A stretch of DNA of 64,000 nucleotides from Nitrosopumilus sp. (GTDB taxonomy: Archaea > Thermoproteota > Nitrososphaeria > Nitrososphaerales > Nitrosopumilaceae), in contig JAJCXK010000081.1 in NCBI GenBank assembly GCA_029263475.1, positions 6,698 through 70,697 of the forward strand, read 5' to 3'. A model generated the notes under the pieces. That model was not told the DNA's origin and made no database searches. It saw only the letters and a list, made by a program, of their open reading frames with translations. Below, one piece after another: positions 1 to 11,100 of this stretch; the stretch's first letter is position 1; every line of letters starts with the position of its first letter. The translations under genes and the position numbers were made by a program.

Positions 1-113
1 GAGAATTGTTTGCAAGTACCGTGGACTTCAGACGTTCGCAAATGCCTCTGCATGTTTGGGCCATGAATGAAATTGCGTGGAAAATCTATTTAAGAAAATT
101 TCCAAATTGGATG

Positions 114-569
114 CTATTTGGAAAATTCGACTATCGCGTCTATCTCCGTCATTGAATCCAACGGCAAACAGGCAACTCCTACTGCAACCCTTGCATGCTT
201 TCCCTTTTCTCCAAATATCTCAAAAAACAAATCCGAAGCTGGATTAATGATTTTAGGATGCTGTGAGAACTCTGGTGAGGAATTTACAAATCCTGACAAC
301 TTTACTATTTTGGTAATCCTGTCAAAATCACCCAGTTCTCTTTTTATCTGGGCTAGGATGTTTATTGCGCACATTTTTGCTGACTTTTGAGCAGTTTCCA
401 TGTTGTCGTCTGAAACTTTTCCCGTGAATATGACCTTGCCATCCTCCATGGGTATTTGTCCTGAGATAAACAGCAGATTTCCTGTCTTTATGGCAGGAAC
501 ATACGATCCTGCGGGGGTTGGGGGATTTGGAATCTTAATTCCTAATGTTTCAAGTTTTTCTTCTATCAT
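114..569 (-). CDS. RidA/YjgF/UK114 family protein
   Basis: PAGSYVP...LFISGQIP and GKHARVAVG..LP....EI motifs. Confidence 0.9.
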   Translation of the reverse strand: MIEEKLETLGIKIPNPPTPAGSYVPAIKTGNLLFISGQIPMEDGKVIFTGKVSDDNMETAQKSAKMCAINILAQIKRELGDFDRITKIVKLSGFVNSSPEFSQHPKIINPASDLFFEIFGEKGKHARVAVGVACLPLDSMTEIDAIVEFSK

Positions 570-670
570 GATTCTAATGCTGAATTCTTGTCTGATTTTA
601 ATTTTTACTACTGGTTTGAAACTATGTGCTTTGCATGCAAACTTTGTTTGTCTTTTTTTCCTTTTAGATT

Positions 671-1339
671 CTAAGCTTTCAGATACCCTGCCTTTGGAAT
701 TTTACTGCTGAAATCTTTTTGCAGCAGTATCCTTTCGATGGTCTTTCTTTCGCTCAGCATTTTCTGGTTTGTCTCCTCCATGAATTCATTGATCTGGGCA
801 AAGCCTTTTTTCAACTCTCTTTTCAATTTGTCATCATGACTCTCTTCTTTTGTCAGAATGATTGAGGAAGCCAGTTCAAACATGCTTTGCATTCCTTCCA
901 GCAATGACTCGTAGTCTGTCTTTGTGTACTTGCTGAATTTGTATGAGTTGAGATCTTTTGATACGTCTAGGAATATTTTTCTGTTTTCAATTTTTTTTAA
1001 CGCAGTATTTATTTTGGATTCGTAGGTGAACATGAGGTTGTTGATGAATCCTGCATGATCTTCAAATGAATTGTGATAGTTTTTTTCGTAAAAAATGTCA
1101 CTCTTGCGACCGTATTTTTTGACGTATCCTAACTCCTCCATCTTTTTTAGTATCTCCTTAATCTTGGTCCTTACGAATCTTTTTTTATTTTCGTTTAAAC
1201 ATTCCTTCCAAATGTCATCAAAATAATTCTTCTCTTTGGGCATGCATTCTAAAACATAGTTTATTGAAATCATTTGCATGTTCTGTCTGCTTGTTTGGAA
1301 TTTTTTATCGGTGATAACTGTTCTCTTTGCTGTTTGCAC
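671..1339 (-). CDS. Hypothetical protein, possible N-terminal winged helix (start uncertain)
   Basis: 222-aa ORF; ILKKMEELGYVKK wHTH-like segment. Confidence 0.55.
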   Translation of the reverse strand: MQTAKRTVITDKKFQTSRQNMQMISINYVLECMPKEKNYFDDIWKECLNENKKRFVRTKIKEILKKMEELGYVKKYGRKSDIFYEKNYHNSFEDHAGFINNLMFTYESKINTALKKIENRKIFLDVSKDLNSYKFSKYTKTDYESLLEGMQSMFELASSIILTKEESHDDKLKRELKKGFAQINEFMEETNQKMLSERKTIERILLQKDFSSKIPKAGYLKA

Positions 1340-1479
1340 TTTTATCGTACAGTATATTTTTTCATCATAATTTCATCTGAATTATTCTCATTTTTTAAAA
1401 ACTGTATATTTTGAGTATTTTGTTCATGTTTGTCAATTATTGAAATAATCAATGTGATAATTCCATATCTAACTGATAC

Positions 1480-1587
1480 ATGTTATTTCATGATGAGGAA
1501 TTAGACGAAAAGGAACTTTTCAAATGCTTTGAAAAATTGACACCTGAAACCCTGGAGTTGATCAGAAAAGAATATGCCTCTGACTAA
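1480..1587 (+). CDS. Small hypothetical protein (35 aa, MLFHDEELDEKELFKCFEKLTPETLELIRKEYASD)
   Basis: Hand-translated ATG ORF in an intergenic gap with protein-like composition. Confidence 0.35.
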   Translation: MLFHDEELDEKELFKCFEKLTPETLELIRKEYASD

Positions 1588-1743
1588 TAGATGATGCTAG
1601 AAAAAATCCCTATTTACGTTGAGGGTGTTCTTTTAGATGAATTTTTTTATTTTTCTGTGTATGTTCCATTTTCCATGTCACGTGCAACAAATTGAAAATG
1701 ACTCAAATTCATAATCTTACAAATTGTAGATTGTGACTGTTTG

Positions 1744-2904
1744 CTAATTCTTACTTATTTTAATGTGCACTTTCTCGCCCTTGCTGGAATTGTTCTGGTA
1801 CACTGTCCTGGTAGCGAATCCCTGTTTCTGAAGGCACCCATCCAGAATTGATACCCATGGTAGCGAATGTCCGCTGTTCAGTTTTGATTCCACCGTGATG
1901 TTTTTTGTATTTGCTTCAAAGTTGACATGTCCGGAGCACGTGATCTGCATGATGGCATCTGTGATCTCTATTATGTCATCAAGTGTTTTTGTTTTCAGGA
2001 TGATTCCGTTTTTCTCCAATAGCTTTAGCATGTCGAGTTCGGATTTTTTTGAGATCATTGAAGAGTTTAGAATGTATGTTAATCCTGCCTCATTTACTGT
2101 TTTGATGATTTTGTAAATCTCATGCGCCTCTGTCTTTGTCATGTCCGCAAGAGCCTTGGTCTTAATCGAATTCTTCCATATGTTTGAAAACATCTTTTCT
2201 TGGTTGAATCCCAAAACATCCGTTGATGAAAAAATCGCTCCCTTTCCGTTGTTGTTACTTATCATCAGCAGCTCTGTCTGGTCAAAAACAAAACAATTCT
2301 GAGTAATGTCTGATGCTCTGATTTCTATTCCGTCTGGAATCACCCTGTATGACTCTGAGCATATCTGCGATGGCGGGATGAGTACTTTGACATCCAGGTT
2401 GCGACGTGCAACTGACAGCAGCTGCTCCTTGCATTCTGCAAGCAATCCAAACCCCCACTGATCTGTCATTATCTTAATTGATGACTTTGAGCCCTCTATC
2501 ATTGTCTGAAGTTGAGACAAGACGTTGTTTGCGCTCAAGTGAAAGTATCTTTTTTCCTCCGAACCTCTTGTCTTTCTTGACTCTTCGCTGGCCTTCTTCA
2601 GATTGGATACAAGCGAATTCATCGCGTTTACCTTGTTGATTTGCTCGTGAATGATCCCATCAAAGGCATCTTCAGGTGCAATTGCCGTGCACATTATCGG
2701 CTTGCTTTTTGAGATGATTGCCAGTTTCTTGTTCTCTAATTTGAGTAAAGTCGGATAGATTTTTGTTCGTGGAATCTCTGAATAATATGCCAATTCGCTT
2801 GCTGAAATCGTACCCTTTGCAATGAGGGATACGTACGCCTGTGCCTCGTACTTGCTGAGCCCGAACTCCTCAAGACTGACCGTCAAGACGTGCTCATTTA
2901 CCAT
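1744..2904 (-). CDS. TrmB family transcriptional regulator
   Basis: LEEFGLSKYEAQAYVSL...IPRTKIY TrmB HTH; ATG at 2904 preferred. Confidence 0.88.
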   Translation of the reverse strand: MVNEHVLTVSLEEFGLSKYEAQAYVSLIAKGTISASELAYYSEIPRTKIYPTLLKLENKKLAIISKSKPIMCTAIAPEDAFDGIIHEQINKVNAMNSLVSNLKKASEESRKTRGSEEKRYFHLSANNVLSQLQTMIEGSKSSIKIMTDQWGFGLLAECKEQLLSVARRNLDVKVLIPPSQICSESYRVIPDGIEIRASDITQNCFVFDQTELLMISNNNGKGAIFSSTDVLGFNQEKMFSNIWKNSIKTKALADMTKTEAHEIYKIIKTVNEAGLTYILNSSMISKKSELDMLKLLEKNGIILKTKTLDDIIEITDAIMQITCSGHVNFEANTKNITVESKLNSGHSLPWVSILDGCLQKQGFATRTVYQNNSSKGEKVHIKISKN

Positions 2905-3018
2905 GAATTGGCTTGATTTGTTATTAGGTAAAATCAAGAGCTAAATTCCTTTACACAAATGCTCAAAAAAAATCAAAACTGTATCTGCGGACTGGTGTAA
3001 CTGTGGTTACTAAATTAA

Positions 3019-3624
3019 TTGTTACATCAGCCTCAAATACCAAATCTCAAAGTAATACTCGAGATGTTAGTAAGATGCAGTGCAGATTCGCTGGAAATTG
3101 AAAACATTTCCCATTCTGTCACGCTTGTTCCGCGATTGAAATATTCTGTAAATCTGCTTAATGATGCAATAGACGTTCTTGATTGCAAGCAAAATGATCT
3201 AAAAAATATCAACAAGGATATGATCTTTGATTTTGATGATTCTGATGAAATTCAGGTTGATGCTCTGAAAGTGGAGTACGTTGTGACCTTTTCCTTGAAT
3301 ACTCTCTTGTATGTAAAAAAGAACATGGAAAAAATCTCCAATGTAAGCAGCATACCTGAAATTCTTCCATCAGCAATTCCGGTTATTCGAACCATCAGTG
3401 CCACCCTGTTTGACATCATTCCTAAATGCAGTCAAAAATTATCTGAACTATCTGTACATTTGGGAAGTATAGTTCTTGATTCTGCAGCCTTGACTACTGC
3501 AAGATTTGATTTTAGTCGGTCAAATGTCAAATCCTCAATTCTATTGGATGAGATAAAGTCAATGGTGAATTCTAAATTTACCTCGCGGTATGACATTTCT
3601 TTGGATAAAGTGCAATCGTGGTAA
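3019..3624 (+). CDS. Divergent ESCRT-III/CdvB paralogue (CdvB3-like)
   Basis: The helical C-terminal half (ILPSAIPVIRTISATLFDIIPKCSQKLSELSVHLGSIV...SSILLDE) follows the thaumarchaeal CdvB pattern; near cdvC. Confidence 0.6.
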   Translation: MLHQPQIPNLKVILEMLVRCSADSLEIENISHSVTLVPRLKYSVNLLNDAIDVLDCKQNDLKNINKDMIFDFDDSDEIQVDALKVEYVVTFSLNTLLYVKKNMEKISNVSSIPEILPSAIPVIRTISATLFDIIPKCSQKLSELSVHLGSIVLDSAALTTARFDFSRSNVKSSILLDEIKSMVNSKFTSRYDISLDKVQSW

Positions 3625-3768
3625 AAAATACACTTTACCAATAACGGGTTGTGATTTGTTTCGTAATTCGTGGATGGATGACGATATTTAGAACGACAAA
3701 GACATGTTCAAAAATAAATCAATATGGGGGCATGATCCACCTTTTATGATATGCTCACGTAACTGTAT

Positions 3769-4140
3769 GTGATGAATATTTTAATAATTGACGATAATGA
3801 AGACGTACTCCAATTATTGAAAGTTTTAGTAAGTGCTACTGGACAAGAAGTGGATGCCGTAAACAATGGAATCCTAGGTTTGGAAATGATCCTGAACAAA
3901 GATTATGATTTGATTCTGCTTGATATAACCATGCCAGAATTTAGTGGTTTTTCCGTTGTTGACAAATTATCTAAGAGTGGAAAGATGGAAAAAAATATAA
4001 TAATATTTTTTACGGCAGCTGCAGTATCCGACAAGGATCTGGAAAAATGGTGTGACATTGGAGTCAAAGGGTGTCTAAGAAAACCTGTTGATCCAAACAC
4101 TCTCTTTGAAAAGATAAATGAGGTCACTCATAGTAAATGA
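3769..4140 (+). CDS. Single-domain response regulator (REC)
   Basis: ILIIDD, LILLDITMP, FFTA, KP motifs. Confidence 0.92.
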   Translation: MMNILIIDDNEDVLQLLKVLVSATGQEVDAVNNGILGLEMILNKDYDLILLDITMPEFSGFSVVDKLSKSGKMEKNIIIFFTAAAVSDKDLEKWCDIGVKGCLRKPVDPNTLFEKINEVTHSK

Positions 4141-4799
4141 GTTCAACTTCCGGAGGTGATGAATTTACTAGTCCAATAATCTCTTCTGATCATACGGAGC
4201 GAGATGACAAACAGTCTGATATGCTAAAGTTTTCTGGCATGTCGCACTTTTGTGCTGTATCAGTAATTGACATAGTAAATTCCACGAAAATTACTGCCAA
4301 GATAGCCCCTTCCAAGTTGGGTAAATTTTATTCAATTTTTCTCAATTCTGTTGCAAATATAGTTAAAGATAACGGGGGAGTTGTTGTGAAAAATATTGGT
4401 GATTCTTTGTTGTATTATTTTGCAGTATGTAATACAACAGACAGTTGCATCTCAGATGCATTCAGGTGCAATCTTCAGATCATTGAAAAAAGAAACAAAA
4501 TTAATGACTGTCTTGTAGAAAACGGACTTCCTAGGTTAAACTATAGGATCAGCAGCGACTATGGAAAAGTTTTCGTAGCAATGTCTGCAATTTCCTCGAT
4601 TGATGACATATTTGGACCTGCAGTAAACATGTGCGCAAAAATCAATCATGTAGGGGAATCCAACAGATTCTTCGTAGGTCATGATCTTTATGTTCACGCT
4701 AAGTCCGTCGTAGGATTCAAGTTCGATGAGATTGACAAAGAAAAATTGGACGGATTCAAATTTGACTATCCTGTATACTATGTAGATAATTCGTTGTGA
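4137..4799 (+). CDS. Class III adenylate/guanylate cyclase
   Basis: IDIVNST, VKNIGDS, DIFGPAVNMCAK motifs; overlaps the REC gene (ATGA). Confidence 0.88.
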   Translation: MSSTSGGDEFTSPIISSDHTERDDKQSDMLKFSGMSHFCAVSVIDIVNSTKITAKIAPSKLGKFYSIFLNSVANIVKDNGGVVVKNIGDSLLYYFAVCNTTDSCISDAFRCNLQIIEKRNKINDCLVENGLPRLNYRISSDYGKVFVAMSAISSIDDIFGPAVNMCAKINHVGESNRFFVGHDLYVHAKSVVGFKFDEIDKEKLDGFKFDYPVYYVDNSL

Positions 4800-5217
4800 T
4801 GTTTATTGAATTTAATTTTGCAATTCTATCTAAGATTATGAAAATAAATACAAACAGCATCAGAACTTTGAACAAAAATGTTTGATTTTGGTGACAGATC
4901 TAATCCGTTTTAACTAAACAAATTTGGTATTTTGATGGTAATGAGAATTCATACTTTTGTTTTCATGAAATAACAATCCGATTTTGTTCATTTTTTGATT
5001 GAGAACGATCACTTAGCTTAGAACTTAGTTAAACCCATAAATTTGTAGCCTGAAATAATCTTTAGTTTTTTTAAAATTACGGTTCTTATGTTATTGTATG
5101 TGAAATTCTTTTTTATGCCTGTTGATAATTAGGCATGAAATAGATTTCTAATAAGTAATATTTTGGCATTGACTCTAAATTAAGTAAGCAGTATCCTAAT
5201 CTTGATTTTTCTAAATC

Positions 5218-5718
5218 ATGCAATACTTGATATCCTTAGGACAAAAGCGAATATTTTCAAAAGATGTAGATCGAATCAAGTCAATTTCCTCAAAAATAGA
5301 CAAAAAACTGGCAGAGCTAAACCCATCTGATGAATCCAAAATCGACAAACTCACCTTGGAGGAGCTGCAGGATTTAGATAAGATTGTAGGACTTGCGGAT
5401 TTTATGATGTGCAAGTACGCTGATAAAAAGGAGATGCGTTCAATCCTGAAGCACTTTACATCAATTATTACTGAAACCGCAGGCTCTCTGGATAATCTTG
5501 ATGATGAGGTATCCATGCTGATAATATCTGCTGAGGATTCTATTGGTAAAGTCAAAGAAATGCATGCCAACATATCTGAAAAGTCTGATTTCAAGCAGAG
5601 ATTTCATGACGGGCCTGACTATGATGAGAAAGAAACAAGTGCAATTAATTTAACCAATTTTACGACAGAGATTAACACCGTAGGATACCTACCGAATTCT
5701 AAAGGTAGTGTTGAATAG
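5218..5718 (+). CDS. Hypothetical protein upstream of cdvC
   Basis: 166-aa ORF co-oriented with cdvC, 9-nt gap. Confidence 0.7.
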   Translation: MQYLISLGQKRIFSKDVDRIKSISSKIDKKLAELNPSDESKIDKLTLEELQDLDKIVGLADFMMCKYADKKEMRSILKHFTSIITETAGSLDNLDDEVSMLIISAEDSIGKVKEMHANISEKSDFKQRFHDGPDYDEKETSAINLTNFTTEINTVGYLPNSKGSVE

Positions 5719-5727
5719 GTATTCGAG

Positions 5728-6921
5728 ATGAGTCTGGCCCCACAAGAATTAGAAAACACAGCAAGCAAGTACGCTTCTGAAGCAATCAAGTTTGATTCTC
5801 AGGGTGCTCGAGGCATGGCCATCACTCATTATCAGCAGGCAATTGATGCCCTGGTAAAATTACTACAATTATATCCGAATAGCAAGCTAAACCAAATTTA
5901 CAAAGAAAGATGCAACTCATATCACAATAGAATTAACGCGTTACAGCAGGCTCATGGCGTGGAACCTGCGGTTGATCCAAAGGCCTCTGAAGCAGATCAA
6001 AAAAAATCCGTCCAGAGACAAGAAAATGAAAATGATTTTGAGGAATTGGTCATGAAAGAAAAGCCTGATGTCACTTGGGAGCAGGTAATTGGATTGGATG
6101 ATGCAAAAAGTGCCTTGCGAGAATCAATTGTATATCCAACCAAGCGACCTGATTTGTTTCCACTTGGATGGCCAAAAGGAATGCTACTGTATGGCCCACC
6201 TGGCACAGGAAAAACAATGCTTGCAGCTGCAACTGCAAACGAAATGGACGGATATTTCATTAACGTGGATGCATCATCGATGATGAGTAAATGGCTGGGT
6301 GAGGCAGAAAAGAATGTTTCAAAATTATTTGCTATGGCAAGGCAGTATGCTGAGAAAGAAGGTAAGCCTGTAATTTTATTCGTGGATGAAGTCGATTCCT
6401 TACTGGGTTCTAGAAACAGCGAGGTTGGAGGCGAGGTTCGAACAAAAAATCAGTTCTTGACTGAAATGGATGGCGTTAACAGCAAGGGAAAACAGTTGAT
6501 GCTGTATGTGATTGGGGCTACAAACAAGCCCTGGAGTCTTGACTGGCCATTTCTTAGAAGATTCCAAAAGAGAATCTATGTTTCATTGCCTACGCAAGAA
6601 GCACGGGAAAGTCTATTTGATCAATATACTGCTCCATTGAGTAAAAATCTTAATCTGAACAATTCTGAATTGGCAAAAATGTTTGACGGTTACAGTGCGA
6701 GTGACATCAAGGATGTCTGTCAGGCAGCACAAATCAAGACCGTGCATGAAATTTTCAATGCTCCTGATTACCATGAACCCGTGGAAGGTGAGGCTCCAAT
6801 ACAGCCAAGAGAACTCACCACTACTGATTTCAAGGATATCATGGCTAGAAGGAAACCCAGCGTTTCAAACGAAATGATTCGGGCTTATCACAAGTGGAGT
6901 GACGAGTTCCAAGCCCTCTGA
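5728..6921 (+). CDS. cdvC: Vps4/CdvC AAA+ ATPase with MIT domain
   Basis: N-terminal MIT helices, GPPGTGKT, SKWLGEAEK, FVDEVD, ATNKPW..D...RRF, Vps4 C-terminus. Confidence 0.93.
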   Translation: MSLAPQELENTASKYASEAIKFDSQGARGMAITHYQQAIDALVKLLQLYPNSKLNQIYKERCNSYHNRINALQQAHGVEPAVDPKASEADQKKSVQRQENENDFEELVMKEKPDVTWEQVIGLDDAKSALRESIVYPTKRPDLFPLGWPKGMLLYGPPGTGKTMLAAATANEMDGYFINVDASSMMSKWLGEAEKNVSKLFAMARQYAEKEGKPVILFVDEVDSLLGSRNSEVGGEVRTKNQFLTEMDGVNSKGKQLMLYVIGATNKPWSLDWPFLRRFQKRIYVSLPTQEARESLFDQYTAPLSKNLNLNNSELAKMFDGYSASDIKDVCQAAQIKTVHEIFNAPDYHEPVEGEAPIQPRELTTTDFKDIMARRKPSVSNEMIRAYHKWSDEFQAL

Positions 6922-6989
6922 CTGTATTGCAATCCTTGCGATCAATTTTTAGAAATTCTCAATGCGGATAAACTTAAATTCATAATAAT

Positions 6990-8168
6990 TTGGACTCAAC
7001 GAGGGTCACAATTACTACAAAGAAATCAAGTCACACAAAAAAGTTTGGAAAGCTAATTTTTGATGATGGCTCTGTTATTGATGGCGAAGGTTTTGGTTAT
7101 TCTACTACTGTTTTTGGGGAAATCGTGTTCAATACCGGCATGGTTGGGTACACTGAGGCCCTTACTGATCCCTCTTATAACGGTCAGATTCTGACTCTGA
7201 CATATCCGCTAGTCGGAAATTATGGCGTTCCGGATCCCTCCATTAAAGACGGGGATGGGATTCCAAAATTCTTCGAATCTGATAAAATACAAACTCGTGG
7301 ACTGGTGGTACATGAGCTGTCATTAACTGCAAGTCATTGGAACCTTTTGATGACTTTGGATGAGTGGCTTTACAACGAAAAGATACCTGGAATCTCCGGA
7401 ATTGATACCAGGGAGCTTACAAAGAAACTTCGAACAAGCGGCGTCATGATGGCTGCATTGGTGGTTTCTGATTCTGAAATTGACGTTGAAAAAATCAAAT
7501 CTCAGCTCCTTTCTGCTACTCATTATGATTCTGAACAGTTCATGGATGTGGTATCCACAAAGCAAGATAAGGTGTTTGGTGATGATGAAAAGTCCGTTGT
7601 TGTTATTGACACCGGTGCAAAAAATGCGATTTTAAGAAATGTTCGTGAGATTGGCTACAATGCTATACTGGTTCCATGGAATACCACTTTTGAAAAAATC
7701 ATGTCCTATAGTCCTGCTGGAGTCGTACTGAGTAGCGGTCCTGGTGATCCACAAAAATGTCCTGACACTGTTGATACTGTAAAAAAGTTAATTGAAAACA
7801 ATGTGCCCACATTGGGAATTTGCTTGGGTGCGCAGATTATTGGAATTGCTGGAAACACTGAGACTTACAAGCTAAAGTATGGACACAGGGGACAAAACAA
7901 ACCCTGCGTCAACCTGGAAAACAATCAGGTGTATGTTACAAGTCAGAATCATGGATACGGAATAATTCCGGAGTCTCTTGAAAAGTCTGACTTTGATTTA
8001 TGGTTTACGAATGCAGACGACAAAACAGTCGAAGGAATAAAACACAAAAAACAGAATTGTGTTGCAGTACAGTTTCATCCCGAAGCTGCACCTGGTCCTA
8101 ATGATTGCAAGTTCGTCTTTGAAGAGCTCAAGCACCTTATGGAGGGAGGAACATCTGCCGAAGAATGA
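6990..8168 (+). CDS. carA: Carbamoyl-phosphate synthase small subunit
   Basis: GEIVFNTGMVGY.E.LTDPSY, GPGDP, GICLG, QFHPEA. Confidence 0.97.
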   Translation: MDSTRVTITTKKSSHTKKFGKLIFDDGSVIDGEGFGYSTTVFGEIVFNTGMVGYTEALTDPSYNGQILTLTYPLVGNYGVPDPSIKDGDGIPKFFESDKIQTRGLVVHELSLTASHWNLLMTLDEWLYNEKIPGISGIDTRELTKKLRTSGVMMAALVVSDSEIDVEKIKSQLLSATHYDSEQFMDVVSTKQDKVFGDDEKSVVVIDTGAKNAILRNVREIGYNAILVPWNTTFEKIMSYSPAGVVLSSGPGDPQKCPDTVDTVKKLIENNVPTLGICLGAQIIGIAGNTETYKLKYGHRGQNKPCVNLENNQVYVTSQNHGYGIIPESLEKSDFDLWFTNADDKTVEGIKHKKQNCVAVQFHPEAAPGPNDCKFVFEELKHLMEGGTSAEE

Positions 8169-11100
8169 ATCACTGAAAAAAATTCTTGTACTTGGAAGTG
8201 GGGCAATAAAAATCGGAGAAGCCGGCGAGAGTCGCTAAAAACGACCGCTAATTTGACTACTCCGGAAGCCAATGCCTCAAAGCCATACATGAAGATGGAA
8301 TCAACAGCGTCTTAATCAATCCAAATATTGCTACCATTCAGACCGATACCAGGTTTGCAGATCAGGTGTACCTGCTTCCGGTGAATGCAGAGTATGTGGA
8401 ATCCATTATCGAAAAAGAAAGACCCGATGGAATCATGCTGGCTTATGGGGGACAGACCGCTCTTAACTGCGGGGTCAGCCTGGAGGATTCTGGAATCCTA
8501 AAAAAATACGGCGTAAACGTGCTTGGAACTCAGATTCCTGGAATCAAGAGAACTGAAGACCGACAACTCTTCAAGGATTCCATGAAGGAATGTGGTATGC
8601 CTGTTCTGAAGAGCAGTACCGTTACTAATTTTGAGGGTGCAAAGAGAGCCGCAGAAGAGCTGTCCTATCCGGTAATCATTAGAGTGGCATACACACTTGG
8701 AGGCCGAGGGGGGGGAGTTGCATATAATGAGATTGAGCTGCATGAAATTGTAGAGCGCGGTCTGAAGGCAAGTCTTGTTGGACAGGTACTAGTTGAGGAA
8801 TACATTGGACATTGGAAACAAATCGAATATGAGGTGATGCAGGATTATGATGGAAATAACGTGATTGTATGTAACATGGAAAACGTTCTTTCTATGAAAG
8901 CGCATACCGGTGATAACATCGTCGTTGCCCCATCTCAAACCATTGACAATCATGAATATCACATGCTGCGTTCTGCCGCATTGCGCGCAACAAAGCATGT
9001 CGGAATTGTCGGCGAATGCAACATACAGTATGCCCTTGATCCTGATTCTGATAGATACGTTGCGATAGAAATCAATCCGAGACTTTCACGTTCGTCAGCA
9101 CTGGCAAGCAAGGCTACTGGATATCCGTTGGCATACATGTCTGCAAAAATAGGCTTGGGTTATAATTTATCAGAACTTGTTAACAGGATAACAAAAAACA
9201 CTACGGCATGTTTTGAGCCCTCCCTTGATTATATTGTATGCAAACATCCTAGATGGGATTTTGAAAAGTTTGAGCTTGTAAATAGAAGGCTGGGTCCAAC
9301 AATGAAATCCGTTGGAGAGGTAATGGCAGTTGGCAGAACCTTTGAAGAATCATTTCAAAAGGCAATTCGAATGTTGGATATTGGAAATGACGGGTTGGTC
9401 TTGAATCGCGTAGATGGGAAGACATACACTGAGGAAGAAATTGAATATGCGCTGTCTCATCATGATGATCAAATCCTGTATAATGTCGCCATCGCACTAA
9501 AGATGGGAATTTCAGTTGAGCGAATCTACAAACTTTCTACTGTGGATCCTTGGTTCATAGAAAAGATAAAAAATATTGTAAACGTAGAAGAAAGGCTAAA
9601 AAATTCGGAACTTGACGAATCTCTTCTCCTAGATGCCAAGAAAATGGGCTTTGCAGACAAGCAAATTGCTCGGGCAAAAGACCAGACTCCTGATGAGATT
9701 CGCACCTTGCGAAAGAAAATGGACATAATTCCGTGCGTAAAGCAGATTGATACTCTGGCAGCAGAATGGCCTGCGGTTACTAACTATCTCTATTTGACGT
9801 ATGGTGGAAATTCAAATGATGTGGCAATTCCTAAAGATGAAAAAGGAATTGTCGTATTGGGGGCAGGACCGTACAGAATTGGAAGCAGTGTGGAATTTGA
9901 CTGGGGTACCGTAAACATGGTATGGGGACTGCAGGAAAATGGAACAAAAAGTGTCTCAGTTGTAAACTGCAATCCCGAAACAGTTTCCACTGATTATGAC
10001 ATATGTACGAGATTATACTTTGAGGAATTGACTCAGGAAAGAATTCTGGATATTACGGAGTTTGAACATCCACAAGGGATCATAACTTGTGTAGGGGGAC
10101 AAACCGCAAACAATCTCACTCCCGGCCTTGCACAACATGGGGTGAATATTTTGGGAACAAGTGCAATTGATGTTGACAGGGCAGAAGACCGTTCAAAGTT
10201 CAGTGCAGAATTGGACAAGCTGCACATACAGCAACCTCGTTGGCAGGCATTTACAAATCTTAACGAGGCAAAATCATTTGCTCAGGAAGTAGAGTTTCCT
10301 GTAATTGTCAGGCCTTCGTATGTCTTGTCGGGTGCTGCAATGAAGGTTGTCTGGTCTCAGGATGAATTGAAAACATATGTCAAGGATGCAACTGACGTAT
10401 CACCTGATCACCCTGTAGTGATATCAAAGTTCATGCTAAATTCACTTGAGGTTGACGTGGATGGTATCAGCAATGGAAAGGAAGTTGTCATCGGTGCAAT
10501 TGTAGAGCATATTGACAGTGCAGGTGTTCATTCCGGAGATGCCATGATGGTAATTCCACCTTGGCGTCTGAACAACAAAATCATTGAAACGATAAACGAA
10601 TACTCAAAAAAGATCGCGCTGACGTTTAATGTCAAGGGACCGTTTAATCTACAATTTCTGATTAATGATGATCATGTCTATGTGATAGAGCTGAATATCA
10701 GGGCGTCACGTTCGATGCCATTCGTGTCAAAACTGGTAAAGACAAATCTGATTTCACTTGCATCCAAGGCCATTTTGGACAAGCCGTTACCTAAAATCCC
10801 TGAAAACAAGTGGCAAAAAATTCCAAATTATGGGATAAAAGTCCCACAGTTCTCCTTTATGCAGCTGGAGGGTGCAGATATACGATTGGGCGTGGAGATG
10901 CAGTCCACTGGTGAGGCTGCCTGCTTTGGAAACAGCTTCTATGACGCACTGTCAAAGGGGCTGATATCCGTAGGTTACACACTTCCTGACAAAGGTACTG
11001 CCCTTGTTACTGTTGGCGGTGCTCAAAACAAGGAAAAACTATTGCCTACTATTGCAAAACTCAAGCAGCTTGGGTTCAAGATTCTGGCAACTGAGCATAC

